The notes below the pieces were generated by a model that did not search any database, was not told where the DNA came from, and worked only from the letters and a program-made list of their open reading frames with translations. Below are positions 54,515-64,000 of a stretch of DNA of 64,000 nucleotides, piece by piece; within the stretch, counting starts at the first letter, position 1, and the number at the start of each line of letters is the position of its first letter. Made by a program: the position numbers and the translations under genes. This stretch comes from a virus: positions 1 to 64,000 of IMG/VR virus record IMGVR_UViG_3300032087_003621; one strand, written 5' to 3'.

Positions 54515-55101
54515 TATATCTTGTTGACCCAGTATACAATCCAAACTTTCAATCGGACATCACTTCCGCAACTCCTCTTGCGCCTGGAATTACCGTTGCT
54601 AAATTTCTAGGTTCTAAGGGTTCTCGTTTACAGTTTGAACAATTGAGTGGAGATAAAAAACTTATTGCACGTCAACTTTATCTTCAAGCTGAATCGATGC
54701 GAACTGTCATCACCAACAAAACTTTCGAAAAGAACCGATTAATTGTGTCAGAAGGTTTATATAAACCATCGCCTGGTGAAACCCCCACCAAAGATTCTAT
54801 CAATGACTATAAGCAGACTGGACGAGCGATTGTTTATCAGTTGTTAGGTGAGGATGGTAAGATTGATTTCGAAAACACTTTTGAGTTAGCCGTTTACTGG
54901 AAAGACTTCTTGAAGTATCAAGAGTTGATTCTCGATTATGATACATACGACCCTTCTGGTGAACTTAGTTGTCAGATAGTACTCGTAATGCCAGTTGCAA
55001 ATGAGAATTTTGACCTTAATTTCAGTAAAAGTCTTAAAACAACTTTTAATGGTAGTACTTTATCACTAAATGAAGTAGTCGAAGTGTTCGTTCCCATATA
55101 A
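54511..55101 (+). CDS. Hypothetical baseplate-region protein
   Basis: Coupled ORF between gp5C and gp25. Confidence 0.55.
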   Translation: MIYLVDPVYNPNFQSDITSATPLAPGITVAKFLGSKGSRLQFEQLSGDKKLIARQLYLQAESMRTVITNKTFEKNRLIVSEGLYKPSPGETPTKDSINDYKQTGRAIVYQLLGEDGKIDFENTFELAVYWKDFLKYQELILDYDTYDPSGELSCQIVLVMPVANENFDLNFSKSLKTTFNGSTLSLNEVVEVFVPI

Positions 55102-55104
55102 ATA
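55097..55104 (+). promoter_or_regulatory. T4-type late promoter
   Basis: Exact TATAAATA. Confidence 0.75.
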
Positions 55105-55128
55105 AAAATAATGTTTTGAGTACTAAAA

Positions 55129-55572
55129 ATGGCAACCAGAGTTTTTTCACAAGAAGATGCTGATATCTCTAAAATCAGCGTAACCAGTACAAGAACAAGA
55201 CCGTATTTGGACCTCGACCTAAGTTTTTTGGCGAGCAATACTGGAAGTGTTTTTAAAAAAACTGAAGGTGCGGCTGTCAAACAAGCCGTTAAAACTCTAC
55301 TTAACAGTAATAAGTTCGATAAACCTTTCGACCCTAATTTTGGTATTGACCTTCAGAGGTTTTTCTTTGAATTGGCAGATGACCAAACTGGTGGTAGAAT
55401 TGTAGAAAGAATTAAAAGTATTATAGAAACATATGAACCCAGAGCGTCAGTAAGGTCTGTAAAAGTTGGTGTGCAAGAAGATATCAATGCAATCAACATA
55501 CTTTTAACTTTTTCGATTAGAAATACGGACCAAACTATAACATTAGAAACCACAATTTCGAGGTTAAGATAA
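55129..55572 (+). CDS. gp25: Baseplate wedge gp25
   Basis: YLDLDLSF, AVKQAVK.LL, KPFDPNFG, YEPR. Confidence 0.9.
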   Translation: MATRVFSQEDADISKISVTSTRTRPYLDLDLSFLASNTGSVFKKTEGAAVKQAVKTLLNSNKFDKPFDPNFGIDLQRFFFELADDQTGGRIVERIKSIIETYEPRASVRSVKVGVQEDINAINILLTFSIRNTDQTITLETTISRLR

Positions 55573-57441
55573 ATGGCAACCACAGTTAAGTCAACAGCTT
55601 TAGATTTTGATGCGATAAAAAACAATCTAAAGACTTTCTTTGAAGCTCAGAGTGAGTTTACTGATTATGATTTTGAGGCCTCTGGTTTATCAAATTTACT
55701 TGATGTACTTGCATATAACACTCACTATAACGCTTTGGTTGCGAACTACGCTCTTAACGAATCTTTTTTGGGAACCGCTCAGCTTCGAAGTTCTATCGTA
55801 TCATTATCTGAAGCTATTGGATATATTCCAGGCTCTAGGGTAACATCGAAAGCTAAGGTACAGCTTACCGCTTCTATTGGTACAGGTAACGAACCACCCT
55901 CTATTACGATACCAAAGGGTTTTAAATTCAATTCGACAATCAATGATGTGTCTTATTCCTTTATTACTACTGATGCTGTAACCGCTACTAATAATCAGGG
56001 AAACTATTCCTTTGAATTACCTTCAGGTGATAATCCAGATAGAATTCAAATTTCTGAAGGAACTTTAAAAACTAAAACCTTCATTGTAGGTTCAACGGAC
56101 ACTGATGAATTGTATGTAATACCAGACAAAAATCTTGACAGGTCTACCGTGACAGTTCGGGTTTTTGATACACCATCTTCTACCGATTTTCAGATTTACA
56201 CTGCGTTACCGGAAGCGACTACCATTAACGAAAATTCGTTAATATATGTTCTTAAAGAATCACCTAATGGATTCTTTGAACTTAGTTTCGGAAACGGAAA
56301 CACTCTGGGCCCAACTCCGGAAGCTGGTAACAAAATAACGGTTGAGTATATTAGTTGCAGTGGAAGCATCGCTAACGGTGGTAAAGTTTTCACTGCTGCA
56401 GAACAGTTGTCAGTGACTTTGACCAATAATGATATTGAAAACGTTGATATTATTGCTTCGACGTTTTCCAACTCTGCCGGAGGCGCTGAAAAGGAAACTA
56501 ATAATTCGATTAAGAGAAACGCTCCTTTTCAATATACCACCCAAAATAGAATGGTTGTTGCGAACGATTATTCGACACTTGTATTTGCAAGGTTCAGAGA
56601 ATACATTGAAGAAATTAATGCTTGGGGTGGTGAGGATAACGACCCACCGGAATATGGTGCGGTTTATCTCAGTATAAGATGGAATGATGGTTTAACCGAT
56701 GACCAAAAAGATGATTTAAAAATTGAAATCGAAACTTATGTTAATCAATTGGCCATCGTATCTTGGAAACTTAGATTCTTAGACCCAATCACAACTTTTG
56801 TCGAAACTTTAGTTTATTATCAGTATAACCCACGATTCACAACTTTAGGTCTGAATACAATTAAGACTCTTGTTGGGAATGCTGTGAGTAATTATTTTAC
56901 GAATAGTATTGGTCAATTTGGACAATCGTTTCGTAGGTCTAATCTACTTACAGAGATAGATGCAGTAGACCCTTCGATTCTTTCCAGTAGAGCTGATATA
57001 AAAATGCAACAGAGATTAGTACCAACGGGTCTTAACGGTGCTGGTCAGAGTATAAGTTTACTTGGAATAAGTTCTAACTATAATTTTTATTTCCCTCAAG
57101 ACATTGCTCGACCAAATAGTGTCGATTATCGTCTGACTTCTACATTGTTTAGACTTAACGGTAAAACGTGTTTCTTAAGGAACAAACTAAATAGTCGAAA
57201 CATACAGGTCATCGAACAGGGTTCCGGTAACGCCATTGTTGATAACATAGGAGAATACTTTCTAGATGGTAGAGTTAGAATAATAGGGTTTGCACCAGAA
57301 TCTATTTTAGGTGGAAACAATTTTATAAAAATTTCAGTAACGCCAGGTAATCAGAGTGCAATTTCTCCAGCTAGAAACAACATCTTATTGTTCGATGATG
57401 ATGTTTCTTTTGAAACTCCAGTAGAAGTGTCAAGTATTTAA
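55573..57441 (+). CDS. gp6: Baseplate wedge gp6
   Basis: LDFDAIKNNLK, FTDYDFEASGLS.LLDVLAYNTHY, QNRMV...DY, WGGEDNDPP.YG.V. Confidence 0.95.
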   Translation: MATTVKSTALDFDAIKNNLKTFFEAQSEFTDYDFEASGLSNLLDVLAYNTHYNALVANYALNESFLGTAQLRSSIVSLSEAIGYIPGSRVTSKAKVQLTASIGTGNEPPSITIPKGFKFNSTINDVSYSFITTDAVTATNNQGNYSFELPSGDNPDRIQISEGTLKTKTFIVGSTDTDELYVIPDKNLDRSTVTVRVFDTPSSTDFQIYTALPEATTINENSLIYVLKESPNGFFELSFGNGNTLGPTPEAGNKITVEYISCSGSIANGGKVFTAAEQLSVTLTNNDIENVDIIASTFSNSAGGAEKETNNSIKRNAPFQYTTQNRMVVANDYSTLVFARFREYIEEINAWGGEDNDPPEYGAVYLSIRWNDGLTDDQKDDLKIEIETYVNQLAIVSWKLRFLDPITTFVETLVYYQYNPRFTTLGLNTIKTLVGNAVSNYFTNSIGQFGQSFRRSNLLTEIDAVDPSILSSRADIKMQQRLVPTGLNGAGQSISLLGISSNYNFYFPQDIARPNSVDYRLTSTLFRLNGKTCFLRNKLNSRNIQVIEQGSGNAIVDNIGEYFLDGRVRIIGFAPESILGGNNFIKISVTPGNQSAISPARNNILLFDDDVSFETPVEVSSI

Positions 57442-57442
57442 C

Positions 57443-58546
57443 ATGCATAGTGGAAACAAAGAAAGAAATAGACGAGAACTTGTTCTATATGACAGGAAAA
57501 TTGAAGAAGTACTTCCTGATCATTTTAGACAAGACTATCCTCAGTTTATTACCTTTCTAGAAAAATATTACGAGTGGGCCTCGAGCGAAGAGTCTCCAGC
57601 TGAGTTAGTCGAACATCTTTTCGAAACTAAAGATGTTGTGGAGACGGACGAAGACCTTTTATCTTTTCTAGAAGATGAATTACTTTTAGGTGAAAGTTAT
57701 TTTCAGGGGTTTGCTGATAAGAGGGGTGCTGCACAGATAGCTGGGAATTTGTATAAAACAAAAGGTTCCGAACTATCTATTCAACAGTTCTTTCGTTCAT
57801 TTTTTGGAGAGGACCCAGACGTTGAATATACTAGTGAAAAGATTTTCAAATTAAACAATTCAGAAATTGGCGCACTCAGTAACAGATTTTTAACGGACGA
57901 TAAACTATATCAGACCTTTGCGATATTAATTAAAATAGGTATTCCTATTTCAGTATGGCGAGAAGTTTATAAGCTGTTCGTTCATCCGGCTGGATTTTAT
58001 CTTGCTGGACAAATTCAAGCAGTTGGTGAAGCTGGGTTTGGTGGTTTACCGTTTGATGGTTATGATGTTATGGATAGTGCTGGTCCGAAGAGGTCGCCTC
58101 TCGTACTCATTGTCGATTCTGCTACAGTATCACCTTTGGTTGCAAATCAGGGAGAACTCAGTCACTATGCTATTTACGATTCTGAATACACAGGTGGTCT
58201 TGGTAAGGTTAAAGTTTCATTGGATAGATATCATATAGAACAATTTGAAGATTATACACTCAACCCTCTGGCAACATTCTCACCGACCACACTAAAACTA
58301 TTGGGCGGATTTGTAGTTCCAGGCGAAAGAGATGCTTTCTCTGGTGTTGATGGTAATAACGCTCTTGTCGGAACGATTGGTGTTGATTATGACTCTTCAT
58401 ATGTCACACCGAAACTTTCGTCTTTTGATATGGATAGTAGTGCGGATGCTGACCAAATCCTTGGTAGTACAATTGACTTCTCAATGGATTCAGACCCATC
58501 ACTTACAACGTTTATGGGTACTTTCTCAACATTCGATAGAAAATAA
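57443..58546 (+). CDS. Baseplate wedge protein (gp7-like, short)
   Basis: LP..F..DYP.F..FLEKYYEW, LYKTKGS..S...FFR.FFG, YKLFVHPAGF. Confidence 0.7.
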   Translation: MHSGNKERNRRELVLYDRKIEEVLPDHFRQDYPQFITFLEKYYEWASSEESPAELVEHLFETKDVVETDEDLLSFLEDELLLGESYFQGFADKRGAAQIAGNLYKTKGSELSIQQFFRSFFGEDPDVEYTSEKIFKLNNSEIGALSNRFLTDDKLYQTFAILIKIGIPISVWREVYKLFVHPAGFYLAGQIQAVGEAGFGGLPFDGYDVMDSAGPKRSPLVLIVDSATVSPLVANQGELSHYAIYDSEYTGGLGKVKVSLDRYHIEQFEDYTLNPLATFSPTTLKLLGGFVVPGERDAFSGVDGNNALVGTIGVDYDSSYVTPKLSSFDMDSSADADQILGSTIDFSMDSDPSLTTFMGTFSTFDRK

Positions 58547-58548
58547 CA

Positions 58549-58556
58549 TATAAATA
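58549..58556 (+). promoter_or_regulatory. T4-type late promoter
   Basis: Exact TATAAATA. Confidence 0.75.
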
Positions 58557-58582
58557 AAAACTAAGGCAAATTGGATTAAAAA

Positions 58583-59617
58583 ATGACAAGGCAAATTATT
58601 TTTACTGGCACAACAGCGAACGATGGAACAGGAGACACTCTCCGTGACGGCGCTGCTAAAATAAATGCCAATTTCCGAGAAATTTATGAGACTTTTGGGC
58701 CTGATGGATTAATCATTGGAACACAGGTAGATTTTGATAGTGCGACTATCAATTTTATTGATACTACGTTAACGTTTAAAACGAATGTTGGTGCTGTTGG
58801 GCCCACAGCAGACCGAACAATTAGATTTCCTGATTATTCTGCTTTGGTTGTTCTTGATTCAGCAACACAAACATTAACAAATAAAACTTTAGATTCTTGT
58901 TCTTATGGTGCATTATTAATTAATGACCTTAGTGCCGACCATCAATATAAAGTTTTACCATCTGAACTTGCAGCTAACACGACAATTACTCTGCCTGTGT
59001 TAACGAATAATGATACGTTTGTCTTCGCTGATGCGTCACAATCCTTGAAAAACAAATCGTTAGATTCGGATACTATAAGCAACGCCATTATTACTGATAC
59101 TGTTTGGGTAGATACAAATGGTAATGGTATATTAGAATTTTCGAAAGTAACTGGTTCACCAGTTAACTATTTGCAGTTAAGAAATTCTTTAACAAACAGT
59201 CCGGTAGATATTACGGCGGATGGTACAGATACCGATGTTAGTATACGTCTTTTACCAAAGGGTGCGGGTGCTGTAGAACTCAGTGGAAAAGTTATGTTTG
59301 GTGATGGACAGTTCAACACCCTAACGGCTGATGGTGGGGCTTTGCCTAGTAGCCAACCTGCTATATTTTTAAACACTACAACTGGAACTCCTCCTCATGC
59401 TTGGACATTGAGTGACGGAGATGAGAAGGGTGAAGTAATATACATAACAAATATATCTGGTGCCAACAATGTAGAAATCACTCCAACCAATTTCGGTCAG
59501 GGTACTAAGTTTACGTTGACTGGAGGAACAGGTTCGAGTCCGACAGTTGCTCACCTGATTTGGGACGGTAGCAATTGGTATGTAATCAACAAAAGTGATG
59601 TAACCATAACAGTATAA
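58583..59617 (+). CDS. Baseplate wedge / tail-fibre connector (gp9-like N-terminus)
   Basis: GTTANDGTGDTLRDGAAKINANFREIY, QTLTNKTL repeats, LIWDGSNWY. Confidence 0.75.
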   Translation: MTRQIIFTGTTANDGTGDTLRDGAAKINANFREIYETFGPDGLIIGTQVDFDSATINFIDTTLTFKTNVGAVGPTADRTIRFPDYSALVVLDSATQTLTNKTLDSCSYGALLINDLSADHQYKVLPSELAANTTITLPVLTNNDTFVFADASQSLKNKSLDSDTISNAIITDTVWVDTNGNGILEFSKVTGSPVNYLQLRNSLTNSPVDITADGTDTDVSIRLLPKGAGAVELSGKVMFGDGQFNTLTADGGALPSSQPAIFLNTTTGTPPHAWTLSDGDEKGEVIYITNISGANNVEITPTNFGQGTKFTLTGGTGSSPTVAHLIWDGSNWYVINKSDVTITV

Positions 59618-59634
59618 AATAAGGTTAAAAAGAA

Positions 59635-61077
59635 ATGACAGCAACAATAACTGATCAATTCAAACGAGAACTAACGGAAGAACTCCGACGAGATTATGAT
59701 TCTGGCGATAACTACTATATTGTTATTGGTAGGTCAGAACAATGGAATGCTACCGACACGGTTCCAGATGCTTCTCAAATTGATTATCTGCAATCACCCT
59801 CTTGGTCCAAATTAACCAGAAATGCTTTTCAAGCTTCGAAACTGGTTACCAAATTAAGTTATGTTATTCCCAGATACAACTGGACTTCAGGAACAATATA
59901 TCAGGGTTACAACGATAATCACACTGACCATGATGATGATTCAAGAAGATACTATGTTTTGAATGACCAGAATCAGGTTTATATGTGTCTAAGAGCTGGT
60001 GTTGCTGGTGGTGTTTTCGTTGACCCCAATACAGGGAAAGCATTGCCTAATGCTTCAATTTCAACTGTTCAACCTACTGGTGGATTAAACGGTGTTCCTT
60101 TTCAAACTGCTGATGGATATTTTTGGAAGTTCATGTATACCATTAGTGTTGCGGATACTGACAACTATGTCACATCAAAATTTATTCCCGTAAAGTTTAT
60201 TGACTCAGCTGGTCCAGATGATGCTGCAACGGATATTCAGCAAAAGGCAGTACAAGACCAGGCCAATCCAAAGGCAATCGTAGGTTTTCAGGTTTTGGAT
60301 GCTGGGGATGGTAGTTACACTTCACCACCCACAGTTCAGATTATAGGTAATGGTTCTGGTGCTGCGGGACGAGCACAAATAGATAACAACGGTTATTTAA
60401 TTAGTGTACAAATTGATAGTAATGGTGCTGGTACGGGTTGGCAATTTGGTACAGACTACGACTATGCGAACGTTTTGATTAACGGTGAAAAAAATGTTGT
60501 TCGTCCAATTTTTTCTCCTAAAAACGGGATTGGTGCTGACCCAACCGTTGATTTACGTGCTACTCAATTAATGTTCAATGTTCAGTTGGATGGTAATGAA
60601 AATGATACAATTATACCATTAAGGCCTGGATATACCACTTATTTTAGACAAATCTCTCTATTAAAAGACCCTACAACTACACTTAACGATAGTGATTATT
60701 TCACCGACCTATCGGGTAACAATCTTAGAGGGTTTACTTTAAGCAGCCCAAGTGGTGGTTCTTTTGGACCAAACGATTTTATCACTGGAGGAACAAGTGG
60801 TGCCTCTGCGGTTGTTGACCACTACTATGATAGTAGCGATGGTATTACTACCACAGGATATCTTTATTATCACCAAAACGATTCTACTGGATATGGTGCA
60901 TTTGTATTAAACGATACCATTACAAGAACTCAGGGTGGTCCTAATGGCGACATAGCCACCTTTATTACACCAGACATAGATAATTACTCCGGTGAGCTTT
61001 TGTATGTTGATAATCGTGGAGAAATCCCAAGAGACGATGAATCACGTCAAGATTTAAAGATAGTAATAACATTCTAA
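59635..61077 (+). CDS. gp8: Baseplate wedge gp8
   Basis: VIPRYNWTSGTIY, YYVLN....VYMCL, DGYFWKFMYTI, YSGELLYVDNR..I.R.....DLKIVI.F. Confidence 0.85.
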   Translation: MTATITDQFKRELTEELRRDYDSGDNYYIVIGRSEQWNATDTVPDASQIDYLQSPSWSKLTRNAFQASKLVTKLSYVIPRYNWTSGTIYQGYNDNHTDHDDDSRRYYVLNDQNQVYMCLRAGVAGGVFVDPNTGKALPNASISTVQPTGGLNGVPFQTADGYFWKFMYTISVADTDNYVTSKFIPVKFIDSAGPDDAATDIQQKAVQDQANPKAIVGFQVLDAGDGSYTSPPTVQIIGNGSGAAGRAQIDNNGYLISVQIDSNGAGTGWQFGTDYDYANVLINGEKNVVRPIFSPKNGIGADPTVDLRATQLMFNVQLDGNENDTIIPLRPGYTTYFRQISLLKDPTTTLNDSDYFTDLSGNNLRGFTLSSPSGGSFGPNDFITGGTSGASAVVDHYYDSSDGITTTGYLYYHQNDSTGYGAFVLNDTITRTQGGPNGDIATFITPDIDNYSGELLYVDNRGEIPRDDESRQDLKIVITF

Positions 61078-61089
61078 GGATTATTAAAA

Positions 61090-64000
61090 ATGCCAACTAC
61101 TTATAATAGTAACATTGAGTATACCACGTATAAAGACGATTACGATGCTAAACGTGGTTATCATAAGGTATTGTTTAATTCTGGTAGAGCACTACAAGCT
61201 AGGGAATTAAATGAATTACAAACGATAATCCAGAAAGAAATCTCTAGACTGGGTGGGCATCTTTTCAAATCCGGTGCAGCAGTTAAGCCTGGCGGTATCA
61301 CCGTTAACAATAATTACGAATATGTTCGATTGGTTTCGTCTGCAAATACGACCAGTTCAAACCTAGTTGGCAAAACAATAACAGGTTTTACTTCACAAAT
61401 CACTGCTCAGGTTGTTCAGTTCGTTCCTGGCACAGATGATGTTGGGGACACGACTAACGTACCTACTATTTTCGTAAGATACAAAGACACCAATCCTACA
61501 ACTGACACATCAATTACCGCAACAGATAATTCAGGTAAAGGGGCTGTCAGATTTACTCCTGGCGAACCACTTGTTGTTACAGGTGGCGATGATGTTATTG
61601 TTGAGGCGTCTAATACTAATCCACTTATTTGGCCGGTAGGTTCAGGTAGTAAGGTTGGTGTTGGTGCTGGTCATTACTTTGTTTTGGGACACTTTGTAGA
61701 GGTTCCCAAACAAGCCGTAATTTTATCTAAGTACTTTACCGGATATACAGGTGAAATCGGTTTCGTTGTTTATCAAGATATTCTTACTTCGTCTGACAGT
61801 AATCTTCTATTCGATAATCAGGGTTCCACACCTAATCTAACATCACCTGGCGCTGACCGATATCGCATACGATTAAAGTTGGTGAAGAGAGAGGACACTT
61901 TACCTTCTGAAAATTACATATTCTTAGCACGTATTGCTAACGGTAAAGTTGCACAGGCCACTACTGGTTTAAACGAATATAATAAAATTAATGATGTTCT
62001 TGCACAAAGAACTTATGAAGAATCGGGTAATTACATTGCAGAACCTTACAAGATTCGTTTCGTCGAAATTGATTCTGCGGCAGCTGAAGATAGATTGTAT
62101 CTGGAAGTTTCTAAGGGTGTTGCGTATATTAATGGTTACAGAGCAGAAAACCCTGCACTGAAAAAATTAGTAATCCCCAAACCAACTGCTGCCGAATTAG
62201 TAGCGGGTGAAAATGTACCTGTAATTTATGACCGATATCTAAACGGTAATTCTACGGATAAGACAACTCATAGGGGTACACTGACTCTTAATTCTACGGT
62301 AAATCTCTACGATGGTACTGGCGGTACAGGTAACATCGTAGGTAAAGTGAAAGTGCGTTCAATCGAAAGGACCACGGGTTCTATCGGAAGTGTTAACTCG
62401 GTTACTAGAATTTATATTTCTAGTTCAGGTGATATTTCAGAGAGTATTAGAAACGCTAGAAGTATTGGCACTGGTCCAACTAATTATTTTCAATTAGTTC
62501 TGGAAGGTAATCCAGCACGTGCCCTAATCAAAGGTAATCAGAGAAATAAAGACCTTCTCTTTTCTTTGCCTAGGTCAAGACCATCTAACGTTGACCCACT
62601 TGATTACGATTATATTTTCCAACAAACATTTACAGCTGATGCTAGTGGAACAACCGTTGTAACTACTACAGACAACGATTACACTGATACATCTAGTTGG
62701 ATTATTACAAGTGAGGATTCGGGTTCAGTATCTTTTAACGCTGCACTAAACGTTAATGCTGACCAAGTAACAATCACTGGTTTAGACCTTGCTGGTACGT
62801 CATATACTATTACTGGTTATAAATCTATCACCAACGCCACTCCCAAAGAGAAAAAACCAGTTGAAACAACATCGACTGGTACAGTAGTTTCTGGTACACC
62901 TTATAATTTGGGACAGTATGATATTAAAACAGTTTCAGAGATTAAAGATAGTGCTAACGGTAATAGTATCTTTTCATATTTTACTTTGGATAATGGTCAG
63001 AGAGACAATCATTATGTTAAAGGAAGACTCTTACAGACCTTCCCTTACTCTGGTCCAATTTACGTAAAATATGAATATTGGAAGAGGGGTAGTACTGGTA
63101 ATTATTACTCAAAGAATTCTTATGTAGATAATACAACCATAGCTCCATTTATCAACATCACTTATAATGATATTCCATCATATAAGCCTAACTATGATGC
63201 GACTACTCGTTTATATAACGTTTTAGATTTTAGACCAGATTTTGATAGTGCTTCTGGTGTCTTAGAAAATGGAACAGAAAATTTCTACCTACCCAAGCGT
63301 TCAACACAAATCACGGGTGATATCAGTTACTACTTGCCTAGAGCAGATAAGTTGGTGATGTCACAAGAAGGTAAGTTGATGTACATTCGTGGTGTTCCCG
63401 ATAAAAATCCACAGTACAAGAAAACGCCTGATAAGTCATTAGAATTGTATAAGATTCTAATGAATGCAAACACTTTAACACCCGAAGATTTGTCGATTAC
63501 CAAAGTTGAATCGAAAAGATACACGATGAAAGACATTGGTAAGTTGGAAAAGAAACTTGATAGACTTGAAGAAGTAACGACTTTAAGTTTGTTAGAACTT
63601 GACACCAAAAATTTAAATCTTTTGGATGCTAATGGAAATGTTAGAACTAAGTCTGGTTTCTTTGTAGAGAATTTTAAAGACCAAACTCTTTCAGCTACTA
63701 AATCACAAGAGTATCGTGCTGCTTTAGATTTTCAGAGTAATACCGTTCGACCTACTTTTTCTTCTGACAATATTCGTTTGATTTGGGATAGTGTTAATTC
63801 TAGTGGCATTGTTAAAAAAGGTGACATGTTATATTTGGATTATACTGAAGTTGATTGGAAGTCTGTTGAAATTGCTTCACGTAACGAACCCGTTAACCCA
63901 TTCATTATTCAAATATTCAATGGACAAATGACTCTTTCTCCGAGTTCGGACGAGTGGAAAGATACAAAGTACAAAGCTCCAAAAATCATTCCTAATGGTA
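61090..64000 (+). CDS. Large virion structural protein (DUF4815/VrlC-like), 3'-truncated and absent from the ORF track
   Basis: MPTTYN...YKDDYD...YHKVLFNSGRALQARELNELQ, PGADRYRI, RTYEESGNY, YYLPRADKL, RYTMKDIG.LEK, KSGFFV.NF. Appears open to the window end. Confidence 0.85.
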   Translation, partial: MPTTYNSNIEYTTYKDDYDAKRGYHKVLFNSGRALQARELNELQTIIQKEISRLGGHLFKSGAAVKPGGITVNNNYEYVRLVSSANTTSSNLVGKTITGFTSQITAQVVQFVPGTDDVGDTTNVPTIFVRYKDTNPTTDTSITATDNSGKGAVRFTPGEPLVVTGGDDVIVEASNTNPLIWPVGSGSKVGVGAGHYFVLGHFVEVPKQAVILSKYFTGYTGEIGFVVYQDILTSSDSNLLFDNQGSTPNLTSPGADRYRIRLKLVKREDTLPSENYIFLARIANGKVAQATTGLNEYNKINDVLAQRTYEESGNYIAEPYKIRFVEIDSAAAEDRLYLEVSKGVAYINGYRAENPALKKLVIPKPTAAELVAGENVPVIYDRYLNGNSTDKTTHRGTLTLNSTVNLYDGTGGTGNIVGKVKVRSIERTTGSIGSVNSVTRIYISSSGDISESIRNARSIGTGPTNYFQLVLEGNPARALIKGNQRNKDLLFSLPRSRPSNVDPLDYDYIFQQTFTADASGTTVVTTTDNDYTDTSSWIITSEDSGSVSFNAALNVNADQVTITGLDLAGTSYTITGYKSITNATPKEKKPVETTSTGTVVSGTPYNLGQYDIKTVSEIKDSANGNSIFSYFTLDNGQRDNHYVKGRLLQTFPYSGPIYVKYEYWKRGSTGNYYSKNSYVDNTTIAPFINITYNDIPSYKPNYDATTRLYNVLDFRPDFDSASGVLENGTENFYLPKRSTQITGDISYYLPRADKLVMSQEGKLMYIRGVPDKNPQYKKTPDKSLELYKILMNANTLTPEDLSITKVESKRYTMKDIGKLEKKLDRLEEVTTLSLLELDTKNLNLLDANGNVRTKSGFFVENFKDQTLSATKSQEYRAALDFQSNTVRPTFSSDNIRLIWDSVNSSGIVKKGDMLYLDYTEVDWKSVEIASRNEPVNPFIIQIFNGQMTLSPSSDEWKDTKYKAPKIIPNG

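Noticed and set aside
364-63608. Numerous 60-190-aa antisense or alternate-frame ORFs in the track (e.g. 926..1333-, 6310..6894-, 43190..43657+, 63330..63608-)
   Set aside because: Shadow ORFs inside well-supported genes, with no RBS or recognisable motifs.

Overview
This is a 64-kb segment of a T4-like (Tevenvirinae-related) myovirus genome, probably marine. The host is probably proteobacterial, an inference from the sigma70 promoters, iscU and a Fur-box-like site. Layout from left to right: (1) 1-7.7 kb, putative head-internal proteins with capsid-targeting and gp21-cleavage-like motifs; (2) 7.7-12 kb, a late-promoter cluster of Sec-exported proteins that resembles an usher-less pilin/chaperone system, plus a small outer-membrane beta-barrel; (3) 12-23 kb, lipase, iscU, a Cys-less QueF-like gene, spanins, class II nrdJ, phoH, lysozyme and a LapG-like protease; (4) 23-34.5 kb, a glycan-modification island; (5) 35-41 kb, early genes with sigma70 promoters, two conserved 37-bp palindromes, three tRNAs (Thr, Asn, Tyr), candidate ncRNAs, thyX and a denV-like gene; (6) gp33 and gp32; (7) 42.5-64 kb, the tail/baseplate module (gp29-like, gp51, gp26, gp54, gp2, gp4, gp48, gp53, gp27-like, split gp5, gp25, gp6, gp7, gp9, gp8, DUF4815). 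The strongest leads are the pilin-chaperone-pore module and a probable -1 frameshift joining gp26 to gp51 just upstream of the tape-measure gene. All family assignments come from recognising motifs by eye; no database searches were run.
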